A stretch of 64,000 nt of DNA from Squalus acanthias. Taxonomy: Eukaryota. The notes under the pieces were generated by a model. It saw only the letters and a list, made by a program, of their open reading frames with translations. It did not search any database and had not been told where the DNA came from. The stretch spans positions 4,092,001 through 4,156,000 of the forward strand of contig JASTWF010000034.1 in NCBI GenBank assembly GCA_030390025.1. The letters run 5' to 3'. Within the stretch, counting starts at the first letter, position 1; each line of letters opens with the position of its first letter. Positions 14,351-27,240 of this stretch are shown here, in pieces. Position numbers and translations under genes: made by a program.

Positions 14351-15662
14351 AGTTACTGTTAATTGTTAATTTGTCATGATACCATCTATGCTGAGGATAT
14401 AAATTTACAGTTAATTGTTAATTTGACATGATGCCCTCTACATCAGTTAAATTAGTTACACTTAATAATTAATTTGAAACGATGCCCTCTACAACGGTGA
14501 ATAAATTTGCAGTTAATTGTTAATTTAGATATGTTGCCTTTTACACAGGGGAATACATTTACAGTGAATTGTTAGTTTAGATATGTTACCTTTTACACAG
14601 GGGAATACATTTACAATTATTTGTTAATTTAGATATGTTACCCTCCACACTGTGGAATAAAGTTACAGTTTAAGTAAATTAAGAAAAGTTTCCCACCACA
14701 CCAGGGAATAAAGTTACTGTCAATTGGTAATTTGACATGATACCCTGCACACCAGGGTATAAAGTTACAATTAATTGTTAAATATGACATCATACCCTCT
14801 ACACTGAGGATATAAGGTTACAGTTAATTGTTAAGTTGATAGGATACTCTCTAAACCGGGGAATAAACTTACAGTTAATTGTTAATTTGAAATGATACCC
14901 TCTACACCATGGAATAACGTTACAGTTAATTGTTAATTTAGACATGGTCCCCTCTACACCGGGGAATAAAGTTACAACTAATTGTTAATTTAGACACAAT
15001 ACCCTCTACATCGGGGAATAACGTTACAGTTAATTGTTAATTCAGACATAAATCCTGCTGCATCGGGGAATAAAGTTACAGTTAATTGTTGAATTGGCAT
15101 GATGCCCTCTGCACCTGTGAATATAGTTACACTTAATATTTAATTTGAAATGATTCCCTCTACAATGGGGAATAAAGTCACAGTTAATAGTTAATTTAGA
15201 CATGATCTACTCTACTTCGGGGAATAAAGTTACAGTTAATTGTTAATTTTGAAATGATGCCCTCTACACCGGGGAATAAAGTTACAGTTAATTGTTAATT
15301 TGATATGATACCCTCTACACCGGGGAATAAAGTTCCAGTTCATTGTTAATTTAGACATGATACCTTGTACAAAGGGGCATAAAGTTACATTTAATGGTTT
15401 ATTTAGACATGATTCCCTCCACACCGGGGAATAAAGTTGCAGTTAATTGTTAATTTCTAGATGATACACTCTACGCCTGGGAATAATGTAGAATTCGCAA
15501 AATCCCCCAGAAACTCGAACAGAACCCTAAGTGAAGTGATTTGAGGTAAAACACTCAGTTTTGGAAACTTTTAAAGATCAGGGAAGAAAAACCCTGAGGA
15601 AAATGACTTTTTGGATCTTACTGTTGGGAAAGACACCTTTCACAGACATGATAGGCTGCGGA

Positions 15663-16141
15663 GGGGCGTGGCCAGGCAGTGGACAGCTTTGGGTATTGGG
15701 GCCCAATCAAGCTGTTTGGGAATGTGTTTACACTGCCTTCCGACCAAGAAGGAAGAGACAAACCCAAAAGCCTCACACACACATCGAAATATGAATTATC
15801 CAAGACCTCTTTTGAAAATCCCAGGCCCAAACAGGATACCAGAAGCCTGAAATCAATAAAACATTTAGTGCCCCGATTTACTTCATCAAAAACCAAACAA
15901 CCAGGTATCCACAGGACAGATTTAAAGTGCGCCAAAAACCTAGGACAATAGGGACAAGATTTGGCGCGTAGATAAAGGCCTTGCCGAAATCGGAAGCTAT
16001 CAGGACATTTTTAACACCAAGTTAAAGCCATCGAAACTGACAAGCTCGCCAAAACTAAGACAATGGAGTAAACAGGGCTCATTTGAAATCTAATGGAAAC
16101 CGTTTTAGTAAGGGGTTTTGGGCGCAAAAAGGAAAGTATAA
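15663..16141 (+). promoter_or_regulatory. Putative LTR U3 promoter motifs
   Basis: GC box GGGGCGTGGC at 15663-15672, CCAAT at 15703-15707, and TATAA at 16137-16141 followed by CT-rich tracts. Motif matches only. Confidence 0.45.
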
Positions 16142-16596
16142 TTGGGAGCCTAATGTCACAAGACTCTCTCTCTGGACTCGCTGACAACGCACTCAACGCT
16201 CGCACAGCTCTCTCTCTCTCTCTCTCAGCTCTGCTCCAGCAAAGACACCACAAGCCACAAGGAGAAGGAGGAAAGAAGGCCAACAACTTCACAAACAGAC
16301 CAACACACAAAAAGAAACCAGCGCGACTCCCTCAAAACCATCGGACACCTCGCGGCAACAATGGCCTTCCGAAACCTTTTACTCAAAAGACTCTAAACCC
16401 TAACTCTCAACGGTCAAGGATTCGTTCGGTGGGCATTATCACTGATCTCCTGAAACCAAAACCTAGCTAGATAGTGGGATTTTTTGATGGGCAAGGTTTT
16501 TTTTTGTATATTGTCGGTCTCCCTCGACTGTACCGTGTGTTCCCCAACCTGTGTTCAAGTATTAAGTGTGTTTTAAGTTTGTTACCTTTTTCTGTT

Positions 16597-16602
16597 AATA
16601 AA
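16597..16602 (+). terminator. Putative LTR polyadenylation signal
   Basis: AATAAA about 150 bp before the 3' CA terminus, downstream of a T/G-rich stretch. Confidence 0.5.
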
Positions 16603-19600
16603 ATCAGAAATCTTTCATTAGAACCTGTTGTCTACTGAATCTTTGTTCACGAACCGTAAATAAGTCCAAATTCTAGGAACCAGGGTCGTGGGATCGATTC
16701 GAACCGCTCACTGAGTCAGAGGTGACGGCTGAACCCAATACCACCCCCTACAATAAAGTTAAATTCAATTGTTAATTCTGACATGATAACCTCGGCACCG
16801 GGGAATAAAGTAATTATCAATTGTTAATTTAAGCATGAAACCCTCTACAGCAGGGAGTAAATTTACAGTTAATTGTTAATTTGACATGATATCCTCTTCA
16901 CCGTGGAATAAAGTTACATTTAATTGTTAATTTGACGTGATATCCTCTACACTGGGGAATAATGTTAAAGTGAATTTTTAATTTGTCATGAAAACCTTTT
17001 CACTAGGGAATACTGTACCAGTCAATTGTTAATTGTTAATTTAAACAGGATTTACTCAAAACCGGGGGATATAGTTACAGTTCATTGTTTATTAAGACAT
17101 GATACCCTCTACACCGGGGAATAAATTAACATTTATTTGTTAATTTAGATATGTTTCCTTCCAAACTGTGTAGTAAAGTTACAGTTTATTGTAAATTAAG
17201 AAAAGTTTCCCACCACACCAGGGAATAGAGTTACTGTCAATTGGTAATTTGACATGATACCCTCCACACCAGGGTATTAAGTTACACTTAATTGTTAAAT
17301 AAGACATCATACCCTCTACACTCAGGATATAAGGTTACAGGTAATTGCTAATTTGACATGATAACCTGTACACCGGGGAATAAAGTTACAGTTAATTGTT
17401 AATTTGATATGATACCCTCTACACTGGGGAATAAAGTTACAGTTAATTGTTAATTTTACATTATGACCTAAACACCGGGGAATAAAGTTGAAGTTAATTG
17501 TTAATCTGTCATGATACCCTCTACACTGGGGAATACAGTTACAGTAATTTGTTGAATTTATATGATATCCTCCACACTGTGGAATAAAGTTGCAGTCATT
17601 TTTTTTAACATGATAATTTCTACACTGGGGAATAAAGATACAGTTAATTTGAAATGGTGCCCTCTACACCGGGGAATAAAGTTACAGTTAATTGTTAATT
17701 TTGACATGATACCCTCTACACCAGAGAATAAAGTTACAGTTGATTGTTGAATTTACATGATATCCTCCACACTGTGGAATAAAGTTGCAGTCATTTTTTT
17801 TAACATGATAATTTCTACACTGGGGAATAAAGATACAGTTAATTTGAAATGGTGCCCTCTACACCGGGGAATAAAGTTACAGTTAATTGTTAATTTCGAC
17901 ATGATACACTCTACACCGGGAAATAAAGTTACAGTCAATTGTTAATTTCGAAATGATACACTCTACACCGGGGAATAAAGTTACAGTTAATGGTTAATTT
18001 TGACATGATACACTATACACCGGGGAATAAAGTTACAGTCAATTGTTAATTTCGACATGATACACTATACACCGGGGAATAAAGTTACACTCAATTGTTA
18101 AATTGACATGATACCCTATGCACCGGGGAATAAAGTTACAGATAATTTTTAATTTCGACATGACATCCTCTACAACGGGAAATAACGTAAATATCAATTG
18201 TTAATTTAGGCATGAAACACTCTAGAACAGGGAGTAAATTTACAGTTAATTGTTAATTTGGCATGATATCCTCTACACTGGGGAACAAAGTTAAAGTCAA
18301 TTGTTAATTCTGACATGATACCCTCGGCACCGGGGAATAAAGTAATTGTCAATTGTTAATTTAAGCATGAAACCCTCTACAGCAGGGAGTAAATTTACAG
18401 TTAATTGGTAATTTTACATGATATCCTCTTCACCGTGGAATAAAGTTACATTTAATTGTTAATTTGACATGATATCCTCTACACTGGGGAATAATGTTAA
18501 AGTGAATTTTTAATTTGTCATGATACCCATTTCACTGGGGAATACTGTACCAGTCAATTGTTAATTTAGACAGGATTCCCTCAACACCGGTGGATATAGT
18601 TACAGTTGATTGTTAATTTAGACATGATACCCTCTACACCGGGGAATAAATTTACAATTAATTATTAATTTTGACATGAAGCCCTCTACACCGGTGAATA
18701 AGGTTACAGATAATTGTTAATTTGACATGATAACCTCTACACTGGGGAATAAATTTAAAGTTAATTTTTAACTTGTCATGATATCCTCTACGCTGAGAAT
18801 ATAAAGTTACAGTTAATTGTTAATTTGACATGATGCCCTCTACACCAGTAAAAATAGTTACAATTAATATTTAATTTGAAATGATGCCCTCTACAACAGT
18901 GAATAAAGTTACAGTTAATTGTTAATTTAGACATGTTACCTTGTACACAGGGGAATAAATTTTAGTTATTTGTTAATTTAGATATATTTTCCCTCCACAC
19001 TGTGGAATAAAGTTACAGTTTATTGTAAATTAAGAAAAGTTTCCCACCACACCAGGGAATAATGTTACTTTCAATTGGTAATTTGACATGATACCCTCGA
19101 CACCAGGGTATAAAGTTACATTTAATTGTTAAGTAAGACATATACCCTCTACTCTCAGGATATAAGGTTACAGGTCATTGTTAATTTGACATGATAACCT
19201 CTACACCGGGGAATAAAGTTCCAGTTAATGGTTAATTTGATATGATACCCTCTACACTTGGGAATAAAGTTACAGTTAATTGTTAATTTCGAAATGATAT
19301 CCTCTACAACGGGGAATAACGTAAATATCAATTGTTAATTTAGGCATGAAACACTCTACACCGGGGAAAAAAGTTACAGTTAATGGTTAATTTTGACCTG
19401 ATACACTATGCACCGGGGAATAAAGTTACAGTTAATTGTTAATTTCGACATGATATCCTCTACAACGGGGATTACATAAATATCAATTGTTAATTTAGGC
19501 ATGAAACACTCTACAACAGGTAGTAAATTTACAGTTAATTGTTAATTTGACATGATATCCTCTACACTGGGGAATAATGTTAAAGTGAATTTTTAATTTG

Positions 19601-22600
19601 TCATGATACCCATTTCACTGGGGAATACTGTACCAGTCAATTGTTAATTTAGACAGGATTCCCTCAACACCGGGGGATATAGTTACAGTTGATTGTTAAT
19701 TTAGACATGATACCCTCTACACCGGGGAATAAATTTACAATTAATTATTAATTTTGACATGAAGCCCTCTACACCGGTGAATAAGGTTACAGATAATTGT
19801 TAATTTGACATGATAACCTCTACACTGGGGAATAAATTTAAAGTTAATTTTTAACTTGTCATGATATCCTCTACGCTGAGAATATAAAGTTACAGTTAAT
19901 TGTTAATTTGACATGATGCCCTCTACACCAGTAAAAATAGTTACAATTAATATTTAATTTGAAATGATGCCCTCTACAACAGTGAATAAAGTTACAGTTA
20001 ATTGTTAATTTAGACATGTTACCTTGTACACAGGGGAATAAATTTTAGTTATTTGTTAATTTAGATATATTTTCCCTCCACACTGTGGAATAAAGTTACA
20101 GTTTATTGTAAATTAAGAAAAGTTTCCCACCACACCAGGGAATAATGTTACTTTCAATTGGTAATTTGACATGATACCCTCGACACCAGGGTATAAAGTT
20201 ACATTTAATTGTTAAGTAAGACATATACCCTCTACACTCAGGATATAAGGTTACAGGTCATTGTTAATTTGACATGATAACCTCTACACCGGGGAATAAA
20301 GTTCCCGTTAATGGTTAATTTGATATGATACCCTCTACACTTGGGAATAAAGTTACAGTTAATTGTTAATTTCGAAATGATATCCTCTACAACGGGGAAT
20401 AACGTAAATATCAATTGTTAATTTAGGCATGAAACACTCTACACCGGGGAAAAAAGTTACAGTTAATGGTTAATTTTGACCTTATACACTATACACCGGG
20501 GAATAAAGTTACACTCAATTGTTAATTTCGACATGATACACTCTACACCGGGGAATAATGTTACAGTAATGGTTAATTTTGACCTGATACACTATGCACC
20601 GGGGAATAAAGTTACAGTTAATTGTTAATTTCGACATGATATCCTCTACAACGGGGATTACGTAAATATCAATTGTTAATTTAGGCATGAAACACTCTAC
20701 AACAGGGAGTAAATTTACAGTTAATTGTTAATTTGACAAGATATCCTCTACACTGGGGAATAAAGTTAAAGTCAATTGTTAATTCTGACATGATACCCTC
20801 GGCACCGAGGAATAAAGTAATTGTCAATTGTTAATTTAAGCATGAAACCCTCTACAGTAGGGAGTAAATTTACAGTTAATTGTTAATTTGACATGGTATC
20901 CTCTTCACCGTGGAATAAAATTACATTTAATTGTTAATTTGACGTGATATCCTCTACACTGGGGAATAATGTTAAAGTGAATTTTTAATTTGTCATGATA
21001 CCCTTTTCACTGGGGAATACTGTACCAGTCAATTGTTAATTGTTAATTTAGACAGGATTCTCTCAACACCGGGGGATATAGTTACAGTTAATTGTTAATT
21101 TAGACATGATACCCTCTACACCGGGGAATAAATTTACAATTAATTGTTAATTTTGACATGAAGCCCTCTACACCGGGGACTAAATTTGCAGATAATTGTT
21201 AATTTGACATGATAACCTCTACACTGGGGAATAAATTTAAAGTTAATTTTTAACTTGTCATGATATCCTCTACGCTGAGAATATAAAGTAACAGTTAATT
21301 GTTAATTTGACATGATGCCCTATACACCAGTAAAAATAGTTACACTTCATATTTAATTTGAAATGATGCCCTCTACAAAGGTGAATAAAGTTACAGTTAA
21401 TTGTTAATTTAGACATGTTACCTTGAACACAGGGGAATACATTTACAGTTATTTGTTAATTTAGATATGTTTCCCTCCACACTGTGGAAAAAAATTACAG
21501 TTTATTGTAAATTAAGAAAAGTTTCCCACCACACCAGGGAATAAAGTTACTGTAAATTGGTAATTTGACATGATACCCTCCACGCCAGGGTATAAAGTTA
21601 CATTTAATTGTTAAATAAGACATCATACCCTCTACACTCAGGATATAAGGTTACAGGTAATTGATAATATTGCCATAATACCCTCTACACCGGGGAATAA
21701 AGTTCCAGTTAATGGTTAATTTGATATGATACCCTCTACACTGGGGAATAAAGTTACAGTAAATTGTTGAATTGACATGATACCCTCCACACTGTGGAAT
21801 AAAGTTGCAGTCATTTTTTTTAACACTGGGGAATAAAGATACAGTTAATTTGAAATGGTGCCCTCTACACCGGGGAATAAAGTTACAGTTAATTGTTAAT
21901 TTCGACATGATACACTCTACACCGGGGAATAAAGTTACAGTTAATAGTTAATTTTGACATGATACAATATACACAGGAGAATAAAGTTACACTCAATTGT
22001 TAAATTGACATGATACCCTATGCACCAGGGAATAAAGTTACAGTTAATTGTTAACTTCGACATGATATCCTCTACACCGGGGAATAACGTAAATATCAAT
22101 TGTTAATTTAGGCATGAAACACTCAACACCAAGGAGCAAATTTACAGTTAATTGTTAATTTGACATGATATCCTCTACACTGGGGAATAATGTTAAAGTT
22201 AATTGTTAATTTGACATGATGCCCTATACACGGGGAATAAAGTTACAATTAATTGTTAATTTCGAAATGATGCCCTCTACACTGGGGAATAAAGTTACAG
22301 TTAATTGTTAATTTAGACATGATACCTTCTCAACAGGGCAATAAAGTTACACTTAATTGTTAATTTAGACATGATACCTTCTCAACAGGGGAATAAAGTT
22401 ACACTTAATTGTAAATTTAGTCATGATACCTTCTACACTGGGGAACAAAGTTACAGTTAATTGCTAAATTAGACAGGATACCCTCTACATCGGTGAATAA
22501 AGTTGCTGTTAATTGTTAATTTGACATGCTATCCTCTACAGCACAGAATAAAGTCAAAGTTAATGTTGAATTTGGCATGATATCCTATACACAAGAGAAC

Positions 22601-25600
22601 AATTTTACAGTTAATTTTTAATTGACATAATATCCACTACACCGGGGAACAAAGTTAATGTTAATTGTTAGTTTTGACATGATATACTCGACACCGGGGA
22701 GTAAAGTTACAGTAAATTGTTAATTTGATATGACACCCTCTACACCGGGAAATAAAGTTACAGTTAATTGTTAATTGTTAATTTAGACATGATGCCCTGT
22801 ACATCAGAGAATAAACTTACTGTTAATTGTTGGATTTACATCATACCCTCTACACTGTGGAATAAAATTACTGTCAATAATCTCTACACTGGGAAATAAA
22901 GTTACAGTTAATTGTTAATTTGATATGATATCCTCTGCACCGGGGAATATAGTTACAGATAATTGCTAATTTAGACATACTACCCTTTACACCGGGGAAT
23001 ATAGTTACAGTTAATTGCAAATTTTGAAATGATGCCCTCTACACCGGGGGAAAAAGTTACAGTTAATTGTTAATTTTGACATGATGCCCTCTACACCGGG
23101 GAGTAAAGTTACAGTTAATTGTTCATTTGACATTATATCCTCTAAACCGGGGAATAAGGTTACAGGTAATTGTTAACTTAAACATCATACACTTCACACC
23201 GGGGAATATAGTTACAGTTAATTGCAAATTTTGAAATGATGCCCTCTACACCGGGGGAAAAATTTACAGTTAATTGTTAATTTTGACATGATGCCCTCTA
23301 CACCGGGGAGTAAAGTTACAGTTAATTGTTCATTTGATATGATACCGTCCGGAACACTCGGGAATAAAGTTTCATGTAATTGTTAATTTGACATGATATC
23401 CTCTACACCGGGGAGTAAAGTTACAGTTAATTGTTCATTTGATATGATACCGTCTACACCGGGAAATAAAGTTACAGTTAATTGTTAATTTTATATGATA
23501 CCCTCAAAACCGGGGAATAAAGTTGAAGTTATTTGTTAATCTGTCATGATACCCTCTACACTCGGGAATAAAGTTTCATGTAATTGTTAATTTGACATGA
23601 TATCCTCTACACCGGGGAATAAAGTTACATTTAATTGTTAATTTATACATGCCAGCCTCTGCACCAGAGAATAAAGTTACAGGTAATTGTTGAATTTACA
23701 TGATACCCTCTACACCGGGGAATAAAGTAAAAGTCAACTTTTTTAACATGATAATCTCTACACCGAGGAATAAAGATACAGTTAATTTGAAATGATACCC
23801 TCTACACCGGGGAATAAAGCTACAGTTAATTGTTAAATTAATATGATGCCCTCGACAACGGGGAATAAAGATACAGTTAATTGTAAATTTGGACATGATA
23901 ACCTCTACACCGGGAAATAAAGTAACAGTTAATTGTTAATTTCGACATGATGCCCTCTACACTGTGGAATAAAATTACAGTTAATCGTTAATTAAGACAT
24001 GTTTCCCGGTATCCAGGGAATGAAGTTACAGTTAATTGTTAATTTACACATGATACCTTCTACACTGGGGAATAAAGTTACAGTTAATTGTTAATTTAGA
24101 CAGGATTCCCTCAACACCAGGGAATAAAGTTACAGGTAATTGTTAATTTAGACATGATTCCTTCTACATCGAGGAATAAAGTTACTGTTATATGTTGATT
24201 TGACACGATACCCTCTACAACAGTGAATATAGTTACCCTTAATATTTATTTTGACATGAAGCCCTCTACAACGGTGAATAAAGTTACAGTTAATTGTTAA
24301 TATCGATATGATGCCCTCTACACTGGGGAATATAGTTACGGTTAATTGCTAATTTTTACCGGAAATAAAGTTACAGTTAATTGTTAATTTTATATGATAC
24401 CCTCAACACCGGGGAATAAAGTTGAAGTTAATTGTTAATCTGTCATGATACCCTCTACACTCGGGAATAAAGTTTCATGTAATTGTTAATTTGACATGAT
24501 ATCCTCTACACCGGGGAGTAAAGTTACAGTTAATTGTTCATTTGATATGATACCGTCTACACCGGGAAATAAAGTTACAGTTAATTGTTAATTTTATATG
24601 ATACCCTCAACACCGGGGAATAAAGTTGAAGTTAATTGTTAATCTGTCATGATACCCTCTACACTCGGGAATAAAGTTTCATGTAATTGTTAATTTGACA
24701 TGATATCCTCTACACCGGGGAATAAAGTTACATTTAATTGTTAATTTATACATGCCAGCCTCTGCACCAGAGAATAAAGTTACAGGTAATTGTTGAATTT
24801 ACATGATACCCTCTACACCGGGGAATAAAGTAAAAGTCAACTTTTTTAACATGATAATCTCTACACCGAGGAATAAAGATACAGTTAATTTGAAATGATA
24901 CCCTCTACACCGGGGAATAAAGCTACAGTTAATTGTTAAATTAATATGATGCCCTCGACAACGGGGAATAAAGATACAGTTAATTGTAAATTTGGACATG
25001 ATAACCTCTACACCGGGAAATAAAGTAACAGTTAATTGTTAATTTCGACATGATGCCCTCTACACTGTGGAATAAAATTACAGTTAATCGTTAATTAAGA
25101 CATGATTCCCGGTATCCAGGGAATGAAGTTACAGTTAATTGTTAATTTACACATGATACCTTCTACACTGGGGAATAAAGTTACAGTTAATTGTTAATTT
25201 AGACAGGATTCCCTCAACACCAGGGAATAAAGTTACAGGTAATTGTTAATTTAGACATGATTCCTTCTACATCGAGGAATAAAGTTACTGTTATATGTTG
25301 ATTTGACACGATACCCTCTACAACAGTGAATATAGTTACCCTTAATATTTATTTTGACATGAAGCCCTCTACAACGGTGAATAAAGTTACAGTTAATTGT
25401 TAATATCGATATGATGCCCTCTACACTGGGGAATATAGTTACGGTTAATTGCTAATTTTGACATGATACCCTGCACACCATAGAATAAAGTTACAGTCAA
25501 TTGCTAGTTTTGACATGATATCCTCTACACTTTGGAATAATGTTACAGTTAATTGTTAATATTGAAATGAAGCCCTCTACACCGGGGACTAAAGTTACAG

Positions 25601-26459
25601 TTACTTGTTAATTTGACATGACACACTCTACACCGGGGAATAAAGTTAGATTTATTTGTTAATTTGACATGATGCCCACTAAACTGGGGAATATATTTAA
25701 TGTTATTTGTTAATTTTACATGATAACCTCTACACTGGGTAACAAAGTTACAGATGATTGTTATTTTTACACGATAACCTCTACACCGGGGAATAAAGTT
25801 ACATTAAATTGTAAATTTAGATATGATAACCTCTACACCGAGGAATAAGATTACATTTAAATGTTAATTTGACATGATGCCCTCTACACCGGTGAATAAA
25901 GTTACAGTGAATTGTTAATTTAGAAATGATTCCCTCTAAACCGGGGAATAAAGTTACACTTAATTGTTAATTTGATAAGCTACACTCTACACCTGGGAAT
26001 GAAGTTACAGTTAATTGTTAATTTGATATGATACTCTCTACACCGGGGAATAAAGTTCCAGTTAATTGTTAATTTAGACATGATACCTTCTACAAAGAGG
26101 TATAAAGTTACATTTAATGGTTTATTTAGACATGATTCCCTCCACACCGGGGATTATAGTTGCAGTTAATTGCTAATTTTGACATAATACCCTCTACACC
26201 GGGAAATAAAGTTACAGTTAATTGTTAATTTGATATGATACCCTCTACACCGGGGATAATGTTACAGTTAATTGTTAATTTGACATGATATCCTCTACAC
26301 CGGGGAGTAAAGTTACAGTTTAATTGTTGAATTGACATGATACCCTCTACACTGTGGAATAAAGTTAGTCCTTTTTTTAACATGATAATCTCTACACCGG
26401 GGAATAAAGTTACAGTTAATTGTTAATTTCGACATGATAAATTCTACACCTGGGAATAA

Positions 26460-27240
26460 TGTAGGCTACGCAAAATCCCCCAGAAACTCGTACAGAACCC
26501 TAAGTGAAGTGATTTGAGTTAAAACACTCAGCTTTGGAAATTTGTAAAGATCAGAGAAGAAAAACACTTAAGGAAAATTACTTTTTGAATCTTACTGTTG
26601 GGAAAGACACCTTTCACAGACACCGACAGGCTACGGAGGGGCGTGGCCAGGCAGTGGACAGCTTTGAGTATTGGGGCGCAATCAAGCTGTCTGGGGATGT
26701 GTTTGCACTGCCTTCCTACCAAGAAGGAAGAGACAAACCCAAAAGACTCACACACACATCGAAATATGAATAAACCAAGACCTCTTTTGAAATTCCCAGG
26801 CCCAAACAGGATACCAGAAGCCTGAAATCAATAAAACATTTAGTGCCCCGACTTACTTCATCAAAAAACAATCAACCAGGTATCCACAGGACAGATTTAA
26901 AGTGCGCCAAAAACCAAGGACAATAGGGACAAGATTTGGCGCGTAGATAAAGGCCTTGCCTAAATCAGAAGCTATCAGGACATGTTTAACACCAAGTTAA
27001 AGCCATCGAAACTGACAAGCTCACCAAAACTAACAATGAAGTAAACAGGGCTCATTTGAAATCTAAAGGAAACCGTTTTAGTAAGGGGTTTTGGGCGCGA
27101 AAAGGAAAGTATAATTGGGGGCCGAATGTCCCAAGACTCTCTCTCTCTCTGGACTCGCTGACAACGCACTCAACGCTCGCACAGCTCTCTCTCTCTCAGC
27201 TCTACTCCAGCAACGACACCACAAGCCACGAGGAGAAGGA
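26460..27240 (+). mobile_element. 3'-truncated copy (781 bp) of the solo LTR
   Basis: Starts TGTAGG after cctgggaataa and is colinear with 15487-16269. Ends at ...GGAGAAGGA, fused to satellite ATAAAGTTAC. Confidence 0.93.

Larger units (their letters stand above)
15487..16752 (+). mobile_element. Complete solo LTR (1266 bp) of an LTR retrotransposon or endogenous retrovirus; family not assignable by eye
   Basis: Termini TGTAG...CTACA form a 5-bp inverted repeat with canonical TG...CA ends. A 4-bp TSD ATAA lies at 15483-15486 and 16753-16756. There is no long ORF. Promoter-like motifs, CT tracts and an AATAAA occur in U3-R-U5 order. Confidence 0.9.

Noticed and set aside
15561..16470. Short ORFs within the LTR copies
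   Set aside because: They have no recognisable motifs, mostly non-ATG starts, and reading frames that shift between the full and truncated copies.
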